64,000 nt of DNA from Octopus sinensis (Eukaryota): positions 66,898,001-66,962,000 of the forward strand of contig NC_043003.1 of assembly GCF_006345805.1 (NCBI RefSeq), read 5' to 3'. Positions 12,726 through 25,006 of this stretch are shown in pieces. Position numbers and translations under genes: made by a program. Each line of letters starts with the position of its first letter. Position 1 is the stretch's first letter. Below the pieces are notes generated by a model. It had not been told where the DNA came from. It worked only from the letters and a program-made list of their open reading frames with translations, and did not search any database.

Positions 12726-13407
12726 ATACATACATACATGCATACCTACATATACGTATAGCTATATCTAAATAAAAATGTAACTTTGTCTCTATGTTCA
12801 GTTACGCCGCTTGACAACCGACATGGTTTAATTTTTGACCGAGTAACTTAGCGTTCTCAGGAAAGGAGACCGATAAAATAGGTGCCAGTCTTAAAGAGAA
12901 AAGAAGTACTGGAGTCGTTTACTTCAAAGACTAAACTCGTCAAGGCGGTGCCCCAGCATGGCCGCAGTCAAATGACTGAAAGGAGTAAAAGGAGATAAAA
13001 GAAGAAAAAAAGCTCTCATTTGTTTTATTTGATGCTATTTAAACTGATGTCAGCCATGAACGAGCAGATTCATATCCAAAGACAATCCAGTTATGACCAT
13101 CACTTTTTCCCTATCTCAAACTAAATTATGCGAGTTCCTACTTTCTAAACTTTATTTAGAAATTTCTTGGAGACGTGAGATGTGGGTTATGCGACTGCTA
13201 TTTCTAGCATGTGGAGTGACCACAGAGTATCTCATTAATGCGCTGTATTCCCTGCACGTTCTAATGCCAGAGATTACACTAGTATTTCTAAAAGAAAGGG
13301 GAAGGTAATGGGTCCAAAGACTTCCACATGGCTACTGCATTACAGGAATCCAGACCGATCTTCAATAAATGTAAATTCCATGTGATCTAGGTCATCCACG
13401 TTCATTT

Positions 13408-13438
<31 letters not shown>

Positions 13439-13729
13439 TTCATCTATTTATTTATTGAGTTGTCAGATAAAATCGTTCGTTGTTTTTGTTGTTGTTTTTT
13501 TGTGCATAGCACTCCATAAGTCAGAAAAGCAGAATAATGTATTCAAATTAAGCAATAAATAAAAGTCATAGACAAAGAATAGTTACCAGAAAAAAGTGTC
13601 ATAAAACACTGCCATAAAAATATACATTTTTTTTGTGTTTATGCAAATAACATAGAAAAAAATTGAAATAATTATGGACACACACAAACACACATCTATA
13701 TGTTGATATATATATATATATATATCAAA

Positions 13730-14028
13730 GGCGCAGGAGTGGCTGTGTGGTAAGTAGCTTGCTTACCAGCCACATGGTTACGGGCTCAGTCCACTGCGTG
13801 ACACGTTGGACAAATGTATTCTATTATAGCGCCAGGCCAACCAAAGCCTTGCGAGTAGATTTGGTTGACGGAAACTGAAAGAAGCCCATCGTGTATATGT
13901 ATATGTTTGTATGTCTGTATTTGTCCCCCAACATCGCTTGACAACCGATGCTAGTATGTTTACGTCCCTGTAACTTAACGGTTCGGCAAAAAGGACCCAA
14001 TAGAGTAAGTGCTAGGCTTATATATACC
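13730..14028 (+). mobile_element. SINE family 2, 3'-interrupted
   Basis: Head ggcgcaggagtggctgtgtggtaag with B-box-like GGCTCAGTCC. It is cut off by a 27-bp duplication and a fold-back element. Confidence 0.85.
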
Positions 14029-14120
14029 AGAGTAAGTACTAGGCTTATATATACCGGAGTAAGCACATAAATGTGAAACAAGGTGGAATAAAGAGTACTC
14101 AAAAAACCAGAGGTAGAGTT

Positions 14121-14280
14121 ATATGCTTTATTTAAAAGCAGCAGAAATATAACAAAAGCTATTACTAAGAGTTCCACGTTCCCGTTTGTCGGACAGGTTT
14201 GTTAACGAAACTGTCCGACGAACGGGAACGTGAAACTCTTTGTAAGAGCGTTTGTTATATTTCTGCTGCTTTTAAATAAA

Positions 14281-14286
<6 letters not shown>
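14121..14286. repeat. ~83-bp-arm imperfect palindrome carrying hammerhead motifs (family C)
   Basis: The left arm atatgctttatttaaaagcagcag...gtcggacaggtttgtt is the reverse complement of the right arm aacgaaactgtccgacg...ttttaaataaagtatat. The centre is GTTAAC with no loop. Confidence 0.9.
14211..14248 (+). ncRNA. type I hammerhead ribozyme motif, family C
   Basis: CTGT-CCGACGA-ACG(GGAA)CGT-GAAA-CTCTTTG-TA-AGAG: core present with U4 as C, a GNRA-capped helix II and a UA cleavage site. Helix I is imperfect. Confidence 0.6.
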
Positions 14287-14332
<46 letters not shown>

Positions 14333-14805
14333 TGGGTTTGTAGGCAGTCTCTGTCCACTAAATTCCATTCTGAAGATAGTGGTCAATCCGAAGCTATAGT
14401 TGAAGACACTTACCCAGTAGGATGACACCTGGAACCAACTCCCTATAAAGTAAAATTTTGAAATGCGTGCTTCTGTCCATCTCCCTCTGCCATCCTAAAT
14501 TATCACACTTCCATTTTGTTACTAATATTACAGAGTACACATTATCTCTCAGACATTATCTCTCAGTTCGATTCTCTCACTCTCGCTTTCCCTGTTTGTG
14601 TATCCTCCCCCTCTCATTCTCTCTCTTTCGCCCAATTTATCTTTATCTAACCCTCTTCCTCCAAACATAACATAGATCTAAGCTCTTCTATGAAATTTTA
14701 GAGATTACTCTTGCCTATCATACAAAGTTTCCGAAGAAAATGGTATAACATCTCAATTAGCTACATTTCCAACCAAATGTTACGAAGAAAGCGAATGTAC
14801 TTTTC

Positions 14806-14859
<54 letters not shown>

Positions 14860-15987
14860 CAGTAGTTGCTGCTGTTGTTTATACTGTTGAGCAGTCCTTT
14901 TCCAAAGAGCATACCGACTGTCACCAAACCGTTTTCTTTTTTTTTTCAGACATTCTGTAAATGATGTTGTCTCTTCCAGTGTATTCTACCTTTATTTTAA
15001 ATTTAAATTATTATTCTGAGACGATTGAGCTTCAAGTATAAGATTCCAACACTCAAATCATAGAAATCCGTTTTTGTCGTTGTATATATAATGGTGAAAA
15101 AGAAACAATAAATGCTGTATGTCATATTTACTAAAAGAAATCAATCATCAAAGTTTACCCTGTCAAGAAAATTAGTATAAATTCCTATTTTGATATATAT
15201 ATTTTTGTGGAAATATGATTTTCAAACTGTCTTGTTTATGAAATATTTCACCAGCACCATTCAATAACACAGGTAATTTTCCCTCTAAAATCTGAGATTA
15301 CATTTTTTAATGTCTCTGCTCATATTCTCTGGAAATATAAAGATCACAGAATCAGAGTAACTAGTCTGAGTGATATTTTTGACATTACACTTGAACAGTT
15401 ATAAGCTTAAAAGAAGATGGTGATATCCGTGCTCATATTTGTACACTGAAGTAGCTACAACAGATAAAAATCAAAGTGAACTCCAGCAAAATATGAAAAA
15501 CGGAGAGGTTGTTGCCGTACGGCAGCCGATCGACCAACATCGTGCTAAATATCTGATGCAGAAGTATTCCAGGCATGACTTTTTCGTCAAGGCTCGACCT
15601 CAAAATGTGAAGATCACTCTCCTCCCAACATTGGTCACACCATTTGTCTTGAATCCTTTATCGTCATTCACGGCTATTTATTATTTTTTATATGGTTTAT
15701 CTTTTACTTGATTCACTCATTAGACTCCGGTCATTCGAGGATACAGATTCGAATGGTTCAGTCGCAGAAATCAACCTCAGTACTTCTTTTTCTTTTGTAG
15801 TTTAGTATTATTTGGTCGACCCTTTTTGCTGAACCGATGCGTATGGAGGCGTAAACAAACCAGCAACGCTTGCCAACTGGTGGAGGAAATATAAACAAAA
15901 GGACAAAGACACGTGCACACGCACACGTGCACCCCTCCACACACACATAGATATATATACATAAAAACATACATACATACTTTTACG

Positions 15988-16052
15988 TTATTTACATTTG
16001 ACGGATATTGTCCTCATCAAGATGAGGACAAATATTCGTCAAATGTAAATAA
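15988..16052. repeat. near-perfect 31-bp-arm hairpin of repeat family B
   Basis: ttatttacatttgacggatattgtcctcatc-aa-gatgaggacaaatattcgtcaaatgtaaataa. The same family occurs at about 29290-29360, 34150 and 52838-53424. Confidence 0.9.
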
Positions 16053-16468
16053 TGTAAATGATGTAAACAATGTACATAATCCCATATCTCTTAAATATAG
16101 AACTGTATACATACTTATATAATTATATATATTAAACAGGCTTCTACAGTTTCTATCAAATGCACTCACAAGGCAGTAGTGGGTCATGCAGTGGGACTGA
16201 ACCTGAACGCACATGGTTGGAAAACGAGCAGCTTAACCACACAGCTATTCCGGCGCCATTTAAAAAAACAAATAAACAACTAAATATGAAATCTAGAAAA
16301 TTATAGCTTTGCATCATGTCTAAAGAAATCAGCATCATCGTTGAATCGATTCCAATCAATTTCATTCTTGAATTGAAAACAATTGACTACGTGCTGAATC
16401 AAGAATATAACTAAATTAATATTAAAAAAATAATAGATATACATCCACCATCTTTATTTCTGTTTCAG

Positions 16469-16519
16469 AACGCCAGAGGAAAGACACCGCTGGATTTTGG
16501 TCTTGATTTTGGAAAACCA
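16469..16519 (+). CDS. candidate 51-nt exon with ankyrin-like motif
   Basis: Strong acceptor tctttatttctgtttcag, then phase-0 NARGKTPLDFGLDFGKP (N.xGxTPL ankyrin pattern). The donor CCA|GTGACT is weak. Confidence 0.3.
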
Positions 16520-16889
16520 GTGACTGAGTCAAATGCGTGGATTCCATTTTTATGTGATGTTAATGTAGCTGTTGATAAGCTGCTGTTGTTTTTGTTGTTA
16601 TTTTTGTTATGTTTGCTAAAATTTTGTTGCTTTGTTTGCTGCTTTTGTTTATCGTTTTGTTTTTAAAGTTTTTTTTTTTTAAGGAGAAACGTGAGTTAAT
16701 TGGTACGGAGTATTTTTCTGCTAAATATTCTTTATAATGAAAGACATAGTCATAAATCATTTTTCCTTTGCACCAACGCCAACGCCATCACCACCACTCA
16801 CAACAACAGCAAGCACAACAATAAGAAGGACAACAATGATTTGTGACATTGCAATAAATAAGAATTTCTAAAAATAAGAACACTAATAA

Positions 16890-16980
16890 GAGTGATGATG
16901 ATGATGATGATGATGATGGTGGTGGCATTGGTGGTGGTGGTGGTGGTGGTGATGATGATGATGATGAGGAGGAGGAGGAT

Positions 16981-17021
<41 letters not shown>

Positions 17022-17073
17022 TAATAATAATGATCATTATAATAATGATAAAGATGATGATAATAATAATAAC

Positions 17074-17161
<88 letters not shown>

Positions 17162-17164
17162 GTG

Positions 17165-17212
<48 letters not shown>

Positions 17213-17577
17213 GTGATAATAATAATAATATAATAATAATAATATAATAATGATGATGATGATGATATGATGATGATGATAATAATAATAATAATAATAA
17301 TATAATAATAATAATAACAATAATAATAATATTAATAATGATGATGATGATGATGATGATAATAATGATGATAATAATCATAGTCATTATGATAATAATA
17401 ATAATTACAATAATAATAATAACTATTATTATTATCATTATAATTATAATTATAATAATAACAATATAATATTGATTTTTGGTTAAATAATAATAGTATA
17501 TAGTAATAATATAAAATATAGTTAAATTATTGTTATTACTATAATCATCATGACCATGATTAACATTATTATTATTA

Positions 17578-17641
<64 letters not shown>

Positions 17642-17680
17642 TATTGTTGTTGTTGTTGTTGTTGCTGTTGCACCAAAAGC
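16890..17680. repeat. long compound (GAT)/(AAT)/(TTA)/(GTT) microsatellite
   Basis: Directly visible. Confidence 0.95.
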
Positions 17681-18367
17681 AATAAATCTTGTGCCTGAGT
17701 TCAGTTCGGGGATTAATGCCAGAAGAAGCGTGATGATAATGATAGTGTTTACAAAGTTTCAAAAACAATGACGACATCGGCAATGTCGGCGGTGTCGTCA
17801 TGATGATGATGATGATGATGACGATCAGGATCGTGATCATATGACGAAGACGGCGAAGGTGACGATGATTATGATGAAAAGGTAGTGAACTGGAAAGAAG
17901 ACGGCTTTTTGAATGACGCGTGTGAGGAGGACGGTTGGATATGGGGTTTGGTGTCAGTCTTGTTGAAAGGACAAGTAAAAACTGAATGGGAAGAAAAAGA
18001 AGAAGAAGAAGAAGAAGAAGAAGAAGAAGAAGAAGAAGAAGAAGAAGAAGAGTAGGGAGAAAGAGGAGAAGAAGGAGGAAGATGAATAGGTAAAGGTGGA
18101 GGAGAACAATGATGACGTTGTTGACAACATGTGAAGACCATAGCTATTAGAATGATACCTAAATATCAGTCTCATCTGAGTTATCTTATGAATCCTTGGG
18201 ACTCGGACAGCAAAGATCTATTAACAATCACCTCACACAGTTGTTCACATTGTTAGGAGACGTCACGTTTTACATACACACAAACCCGTACACACTCACA
18301 TATATACATATGGATTTATATTATACATTAATATATATAGAGATAGATTTATATTAATAAATGTATG

Positions 18368-18409
<42 letters not shown>

Positions 18410-18583
18410 TGTGTGTGTGTGTGGTGTGTGTGTATGTGTGTGTGTGTATATATATATGTTACTGTTGAAGTAAGAGGTTGGGAAACCAACCAAGGGATAG
18501 TGCTGGTAGACACACCGGAATGTCTACCGGATGATGTATGTGGTTTGTATCCTCTCCTTGGCTACTGAGTAATTGTTACATAT

Positions 18584-18642
<59 letters not shown>

Positions 18643-18661
18643 ATATATATATATATCTATA

Positions 18662-18711
<50 letters not shown>

Positions 18712-18715
18712 GTTT

Positions 18716-19088
18716 GCACTGTTATTAGTCGTAAGACACTTGCTGTTTTTACCATTATTGCTTTTGTATTCCACGTTTTTGTATTTCATTATTGTTTTTT
18801 GTTTTTTATATTCGTGTGGCACCGTCCGTTTTGCTGTCTTTGTGTTCGTATGCATTCGATCCTTCTTCCAGGAAATCTACGCTCCTAGCTTAGTTTTTCT
18901 AATGCTCGTTGCTTAGTTTTTCCGGGAGGGCTGGCCGGTTCTAGTAATCTCAAGATTAATCAGCCGAAATTACTACGATGATCCGGTTCTTGACTGAAGA
19001 CTGAGGGCTTCGAATGTCCTGTCTGTGTTTGTTGTATCGTCTTCTTAGTTTTTATGCGTTCTTGTCTCAGTTTGTATTTTTCTACATA
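18716..19088. mobile_element. partial copy of the 840-bp tandem-unit family, opposite orientation
   Basis: Reverse complement of the first ~400 bp of the unit at 26271 (ttcttccaggaaatctacgct...ctcaagattaatcagccgaaattactacgatgatccggttcttgactgaagactgagg). Confidence 0.85.
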
Positions 19089-19183
19089 TCATAATATATA
19101 TATATTATATATATATATATTATATATATATATAGATATATATATATATATATATATAAGTATGGATGCATGTATGCATATAT

Positions 19184-19230
<47 letters not shown>

Positions 19231-19386
19231 ACATGACCCTAGATTTAATCAATAAAAATTTCTCCAAAACACCTTTCCATAATAATACCCCATAAAACTA
19301 ATTACCACAGTACTCAAACCCATAAATCCAAGAAAGATTTTAACCAAATAGAGACTATATAAAGCCAAAATTAACCCTAATACATC

Positions 19387-19431
19387 ACAGTCCGACAATT
19401 GTTTAACTGGCCGAAACTTCGAAGTCACTGT
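19387..19431 (+). ncRNA. degenerate type I hammerhead motif, family E
   Basis: ACAGT-CCGACAA-..GGCC-GAAA-CTTCGAAG-TC-ACTGT: perfect 5-bp helix I and a palindromic helix III, but G8 is A. Related pieces lie at 30350-30395 and about 35700-35720 (-). Confidence 0.55.
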
Positions 19432-19482
19432 CAAGAACCGTGTTTAAGAAAAACACTCTTATGCATATATATATATATGTGT

Positions 19483-19530
<48 letters not shown>

Positions 19531-19589
19531 TGTGTATACATATGTGTGTGTGTGTAAATTATCTATTTAAGATGAAAGCAGTAACAGTA

Positions 19590-19765
19590 GGCGCAGGAGA
19601 GGCTGTGTGGTAAAGAACTTGCTTACCAACCACGTGGTTCCGGGTTCAGTCCCACTGCATTGCACCTTGGGCAAGTGTCTTCGACTATAGCTTGGGGCCA
19701 ACCAAAGCTTTGTGAGTGTATTGGATAGACGGGAACTGAACGAATCCGACGTATTTATATATATA

Positions 19766-19808
<43 letters not shown>

Positions 19809-20060
19809 TGTGTGTGTGTGTGTGTGTGTTTGTTACTGTGTCTGTGATTGTGTTTCTTTGTCTATGTTTGTAATCCCACAATCACGTGACAACCGATGCT
19901 GGTGTGTTTACGTGCCCGTAACTTAGTGGTTCAGCAAAAGAGACCGATAGAATAAGTACTAGGTTTACAAAGAATAAGTCCTGGGGTCGACTTGTTCGAC
20001 TAAAGGAGGTGCTCCAGCATGGCCGCAGTCACATGACTGAAAGAAATAAAAGAATAAAAA
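19590..20060 (+). mobile_element. SINE family 2, full length
   Basis: ggcgcaggagaggctgtgtggtaag...gggttcagtccc head, central (TA)n(TG)n, and tail ...gactgaaagaaataaaagaataaaa. Confidence 0.9.
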
Positions 20061-20245
20061 AATAGTACTGAGAAGTACCGTTTACCACTACTTAACTGCG
20101 GCTGTTCCTTAGTACCTATCGCTACTCCTATTTTTAAACCCAAGAAGACACCTTCTCAACTTGGTTATTTGATGCAATCTGCACCCAATATATATATTGC
20201 AAGCAGGGGAGTGAATCTCTATAATCTTCCAACCACGAGACCACC

Positions 20246-20287
20246 AGACCCTACAGTTTCGACCTCTTTGTTGTCATCCTCGGTGGT
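20246..20287 (-). ncRNA. type I hammerhead ribozyme motif, family D
   Basis: Minus strand ACCA-CCGAGGA-T-GAC(AACAAAGAG)GTC-GAAA-CTG-TA-GGGT: invariant core residues are present and helix I has 3 of 4 pairs. Confidence 0.6.
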
Positions 20288-22179
20288 GCATACTCATCAG
20301 CTAGAGATAGAACTAGGAGTATAGTTATTGTTTCAATTTCTTACAGAAATTTTCTTAATCAGGTAATTTGCTCGTTGCAAGATCAGTGACTGTGTGCCCC
20401 TTTTTCTATATATCGCGAGCTGGAGTCGATAAAATATTTACCAGTTGAACACCGGAGTCAGTGTAATCGACTTAGCACCATCCCCGAAGCAGCTAATCTT
20501 GTACCAAAACTTGAATCCAATATCTTTGCTAAATATACTTACAATATGAACAAGAGAAGGAAGTTGGTTTTTTTTTCTCTGTTTGTTTTGTTTCGTTTTT
20601 TTTTTTTGCGTACAGTTCGAAGTCATCCATAAACGGCAGCTGATTTACTCCCGCATTTTCTCAGTATTTTAGTCAACGGAATCAATGTATTCACTACAAG
20701 CTATGGTGAGAGCATCTCTTTCTGAATTATTCCCCTCCGGTTTGACGCATTTCCTAAATTCATTCCCGCATTTTAGTTCTACTTTCCACGACCTCCTTTC
20801 TAAAAACTTGTAAAGAAAAATAAAACTGTTAAATTCCTTCTTGAATCTGAGTACCCTCAAGCAATGCAAGAATCAGTAGAAAGTACAATAACATATGCTT
20901 GTCATCATCATCATCATCGTCGTCGTCGTCGTCGTCGTAGTGCCGTCGTCATCGTCATCCTCACCATCATCATCATGATCGTCATCGAGGTCATTGTCAT
21001 CGCCACTATCTTCATCATCGTTGTCCTCGTTCTCATTGTCATCATCATCATCATCATCATCATCAACGTCATCATTATCGACGATGCCGTCGTCATCGTC
21101 ACCGCCGACCTTACCATAGATTATTTCATATGAGTTTCGCACTTGTATACATCTGCACTCGTATACGTCTGCTTGTATACATCTGCAAATCTAACTACGA
21201 GCCAAGGATCTCTGCGAACAGTATCTCCGGTCATCGCTTGCTTATTACTATCGGAGGCATTTACTAGGAGAGCCATGTCTGTCCATTCGCCCATAATAAG
21301 ATAGCCTTGCCTGTCCACTCGCACTGTTTGTTATAAAAAAAAAAAAAAAAACACGTACGCACTTCGACATAACCGGCCAAATTTTTCTTTTATCACATAT
21401 TTCGAGGGCACATTAAATATTTGCTTTTTATTAAAAAAACATAATTGTCTTCTTTGCCATTTCTTCGTACAGTGAGGCCTTCTCTTCTGTGTCATAATAC
21501 TTCCGCATATTTCTTGTAGCTATCCATCACGTCTGTATGATGCGCAACGCTAGCAAAAGTGGAATTGTTCTTTGCTATTCTCGTTACTGCTAATACGCTT
21601 TTTTGTCTTTTAAGCTAACGCTTTGAACTTTTTCATTCACTGTATCACTATAAATATGTGAGCATGAATTGATATCGCATTTGTAACTGTTTGCCTCGTA
21701 TTCCTATTTGCCTGTTTAATATATTTTTTTTTCTGAAATCTATCTGTGTATTTGAAAAAAGCTGGGTGTGCATCCATATCTATTTTTAGCATCAAAACTG
21801 GTATCCTCAATGAAAACTATCACTTTTTTTTTCAGCTAATGCAAAGGCTGCCACTTCGAAGCACAAATAAATTAGTTAAATGGAAGTTACATCAGAATAT
21901 ATACACGGTTAGAAAACAATCCCTGGTGGGAAATATATTAGACTTCAGAATATGCGAGTAAAATTTTCTTTTAATTACGGATGCTTTCGGTAGATATAAA
22001 ATGAAACTCCCCATCCCCCAATTCTACTTTAACTTTAAACAATTAGGAGGAATAGCCGACCTTCTAAGAGCGATTTGAAACCGTGTGTTTGCACTACCAT
22101 GAAATTATGAACACGAAAATTAATGGTAACAGGAAAAACAAAATTAATAATTCTATCTATTATAAGCAAAAGACATGAA

Positions 22180-23040
22180 ATTTTGGGGAAATCGATTAGG
22201 TTTACATATCGACAACAGTATTTCACTGGTACTTGTGCCATCGAAATGGAAAGGATGAAAAGCAAAGTTGACCATGGCGAAATTTGAGATCAGAAGTTAA
22301 AGGCTGTTGTGCTAACGATTCGGCAAAGTTCGCTGCCTTTACAATAACAATAATAATGGCGTCAAAAGCGGCGAGCTGGCAGAAACGTTAGCACGCCGGG
22401 CAAAATGTTTAGTAGTATTTTGTTTGTATTTACGTTCTGAGTTCAGATTCCGCCGAGGTTGACTTTGCTTTTCCTCATTTCGGCATCGATAAATTAAGTA
22501 ACAGTTGCGTACTGGGGTCGATCTAATCGACTGGCTCCCTCCCCTCCCCAAAATTTCGGGCCCGCTGCCTAGAGTAGAAAAGAATGGTAATGGCTTCAAA
22601 TTTTTGCACCAGTCCAGTAATTAAGAAGGAGGGAATAAATCGATTATGTCGACTTCAGTGTTTCACGGGTACTTATTTTATCGATCCCGATTTGATGAAA
22701 GGCAAAGTCGAAATCGGTGAAATTTGAACTCCGAACATAGCGCTAACCATTTTGACGTCATGCTAACGATCCAACCAGTTTGTCGCCTTAGCAATAACAA
22801 CAACAACAATAATAATAATGATAATCCTTTCTACTACATGCACATGGCATGCAATTTTGAAGGAGGAGGCAAGTTGATTGTATCGATCCCATTGCTCGAC
22901 TGCTATATATTTTCATTGACCACGAAAGGATGAAAGTTAAAGTCGACCTCGATGGAATTCGAACTTGGAACGTAAGGACGGACGAAATGCTGCTAGGTAT
23001 TTTGCCCGGCGTGCTAACGACTCTGTCTGCTCGCCGCCTT
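22180..23040. mobile_element. cluster of four SINE family 1 copies in mixed orientation
   Basis: Plus copy at 22368-22575 (ggcggcgagctggcagaaacg...gagttcagattcc). Minus copies lie at about 22180-22330, 22620-22790 and 22850-23040. Confidence 0.8.
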
Positions 23041-23082
23041 AACAATGATAGCAGTGGTAGTAGTAGTAGTAGTAGTAGTAGT

Positions 23083-23139
<57 letters not shown>

Positions 23140-23150
23140 TTAGTAGTATA

Positions 23151-23183
<33 letters not shown>

Positions 23184-23584
23184 CTGGTGGTGGTGGTCAT
23201 GGTAGTGGCAGTAATAAGAGTGGATGGAGTAAGAGAAGTCGCAACAAAATAAAATATACTTCATACATATATAAACACTCAATGACACAATTAAATGCAC
23301 ACACACACACACACATACATGCATTATATGAGTATATGCAAGAGAGCAAGAGTGGTGGAGTAAAAAGAGAAGAGTAGCGGTCGATGCAAAAGCAGGGAGA
23401 CAGTTTGAACAATGGCTTTCACTTCAGAGCCACTCTTAGATAATTAGCGTCTTAGGGGATTTGGATTCCAAGTCAAGCATTTTGCGTTAATTGTTCCAAG
23501 ATAAGAATGACAATTGTTATCTCACGGCTTTGCAAGAATATGATTATTTTTGCACGGTTCCATGCATGTATCATTAATGTATAC

Positions 23585-23633
<49 letters not shown>

Positions 23634-23819
23634 TATCGTTAGTAAAAGAAAATGAAGAACAATATATGTATGTATATATATCTACCTCTCTGTCTGTCTA
23701 TCTATTTATTTTTCTATCTACCTATATATATATATTATATCTATATATCTTTATATATGTATATACATTATATATATATATATACATACACACAATGTAC
23801 GTTCATACATGTACACATA

Positions 23820-23864
<45 letters not shown>

Positions 23865-24512
23865 ACCGCACGCACACAGACAGATACATACATACGTACA
23901 CACACACATATATATATATATACAGATATATATAATGTATGTATGCATATATTATACACACATGACCGCTACATAACGAAGAAATATCGTAGAGAATAAA
24001 ATTTATGACTATCATCGTTTCCCCAGTATGTGAGAAATCTATCGCTACCATTACATCTACTTCTGATGTCCATTCCAATGTTACTGCCCAGTGTAAACCC
24101 CGCCAAATCTCCCGCTCCGCAGCCGATGCCACCAATGATGACAACAATAACAACACAATTAACATAACTTCGTTTGCAAGAAAACAAACAAAGAAACAAA
24201 ACTAAACAAATACTAAGTGTTCTGTCGTTCACATAAACGCCGTCAAAATTATGGTGTGAAAATTTACGATTTGTCAGAATAATTAATGTCTCATATATTT
24301 GTGAGAGCTTTAATTGTAAATTCTGAAGGTGTCAGAATTGGCTTATGATAGCAGTGATTGGGATGGTGGGGGAAGATGGTGGACATGGCGTGATTCGAGT
24401 ATTAGAACACCTTTTAATGAAATATAACGAGGGTGACGAAGAGAACAGTACATATGATGGGTAGATATATATATACATAGATAGATAGAGAGATAGATAG
24501 ATGAATGGATAG

Positions 24513-24594
<82 letters not shown>

Positions 24595-24763
24595 GGATGG
24601 ATGGATGGATGGATGGATGGATAGATGGATGGATGGATGGATGGATGGACGGATAGATAGATAATTAAACATTTTCAAAGTAAGTGTAACTATCACATAC
24701 AAAAACACGCGCATATACTCATATATGCGTATATATATACTTACTTTTACTTTACTTTACTTT

Positions 24764-24961
24764 TACTTGTTTCAGTCATTTGACTGCGGCCATGCTGGAG
24801 CACCGCCTTTAGTCGAGCAAATCGACCCCGGGACTTATTCTTTTTGTAAGCCCAGTACTTATTCTATCGGTCTCTTTTTGCCGAACCGCTAAGTGACGGC
24901 GACGTAAACACACCAGCATCGGTTGTCAAGCAATGCTAGGGGGACAAACACAGACACACAA

Positions 24962-25006
<45 letters not shown>

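Noticed and set aside
17037-17840. 267-aa ORF, the longest in the track
   Set aside because: Pure trinucleotide repeat translation.
21330-21700. Codon-like minus-strand stretch (TDVMDSYKKYAE...EKASLYEEMAKK)
   Set aside because: Interrupted by stops and frameshifts, with no motif I can name.
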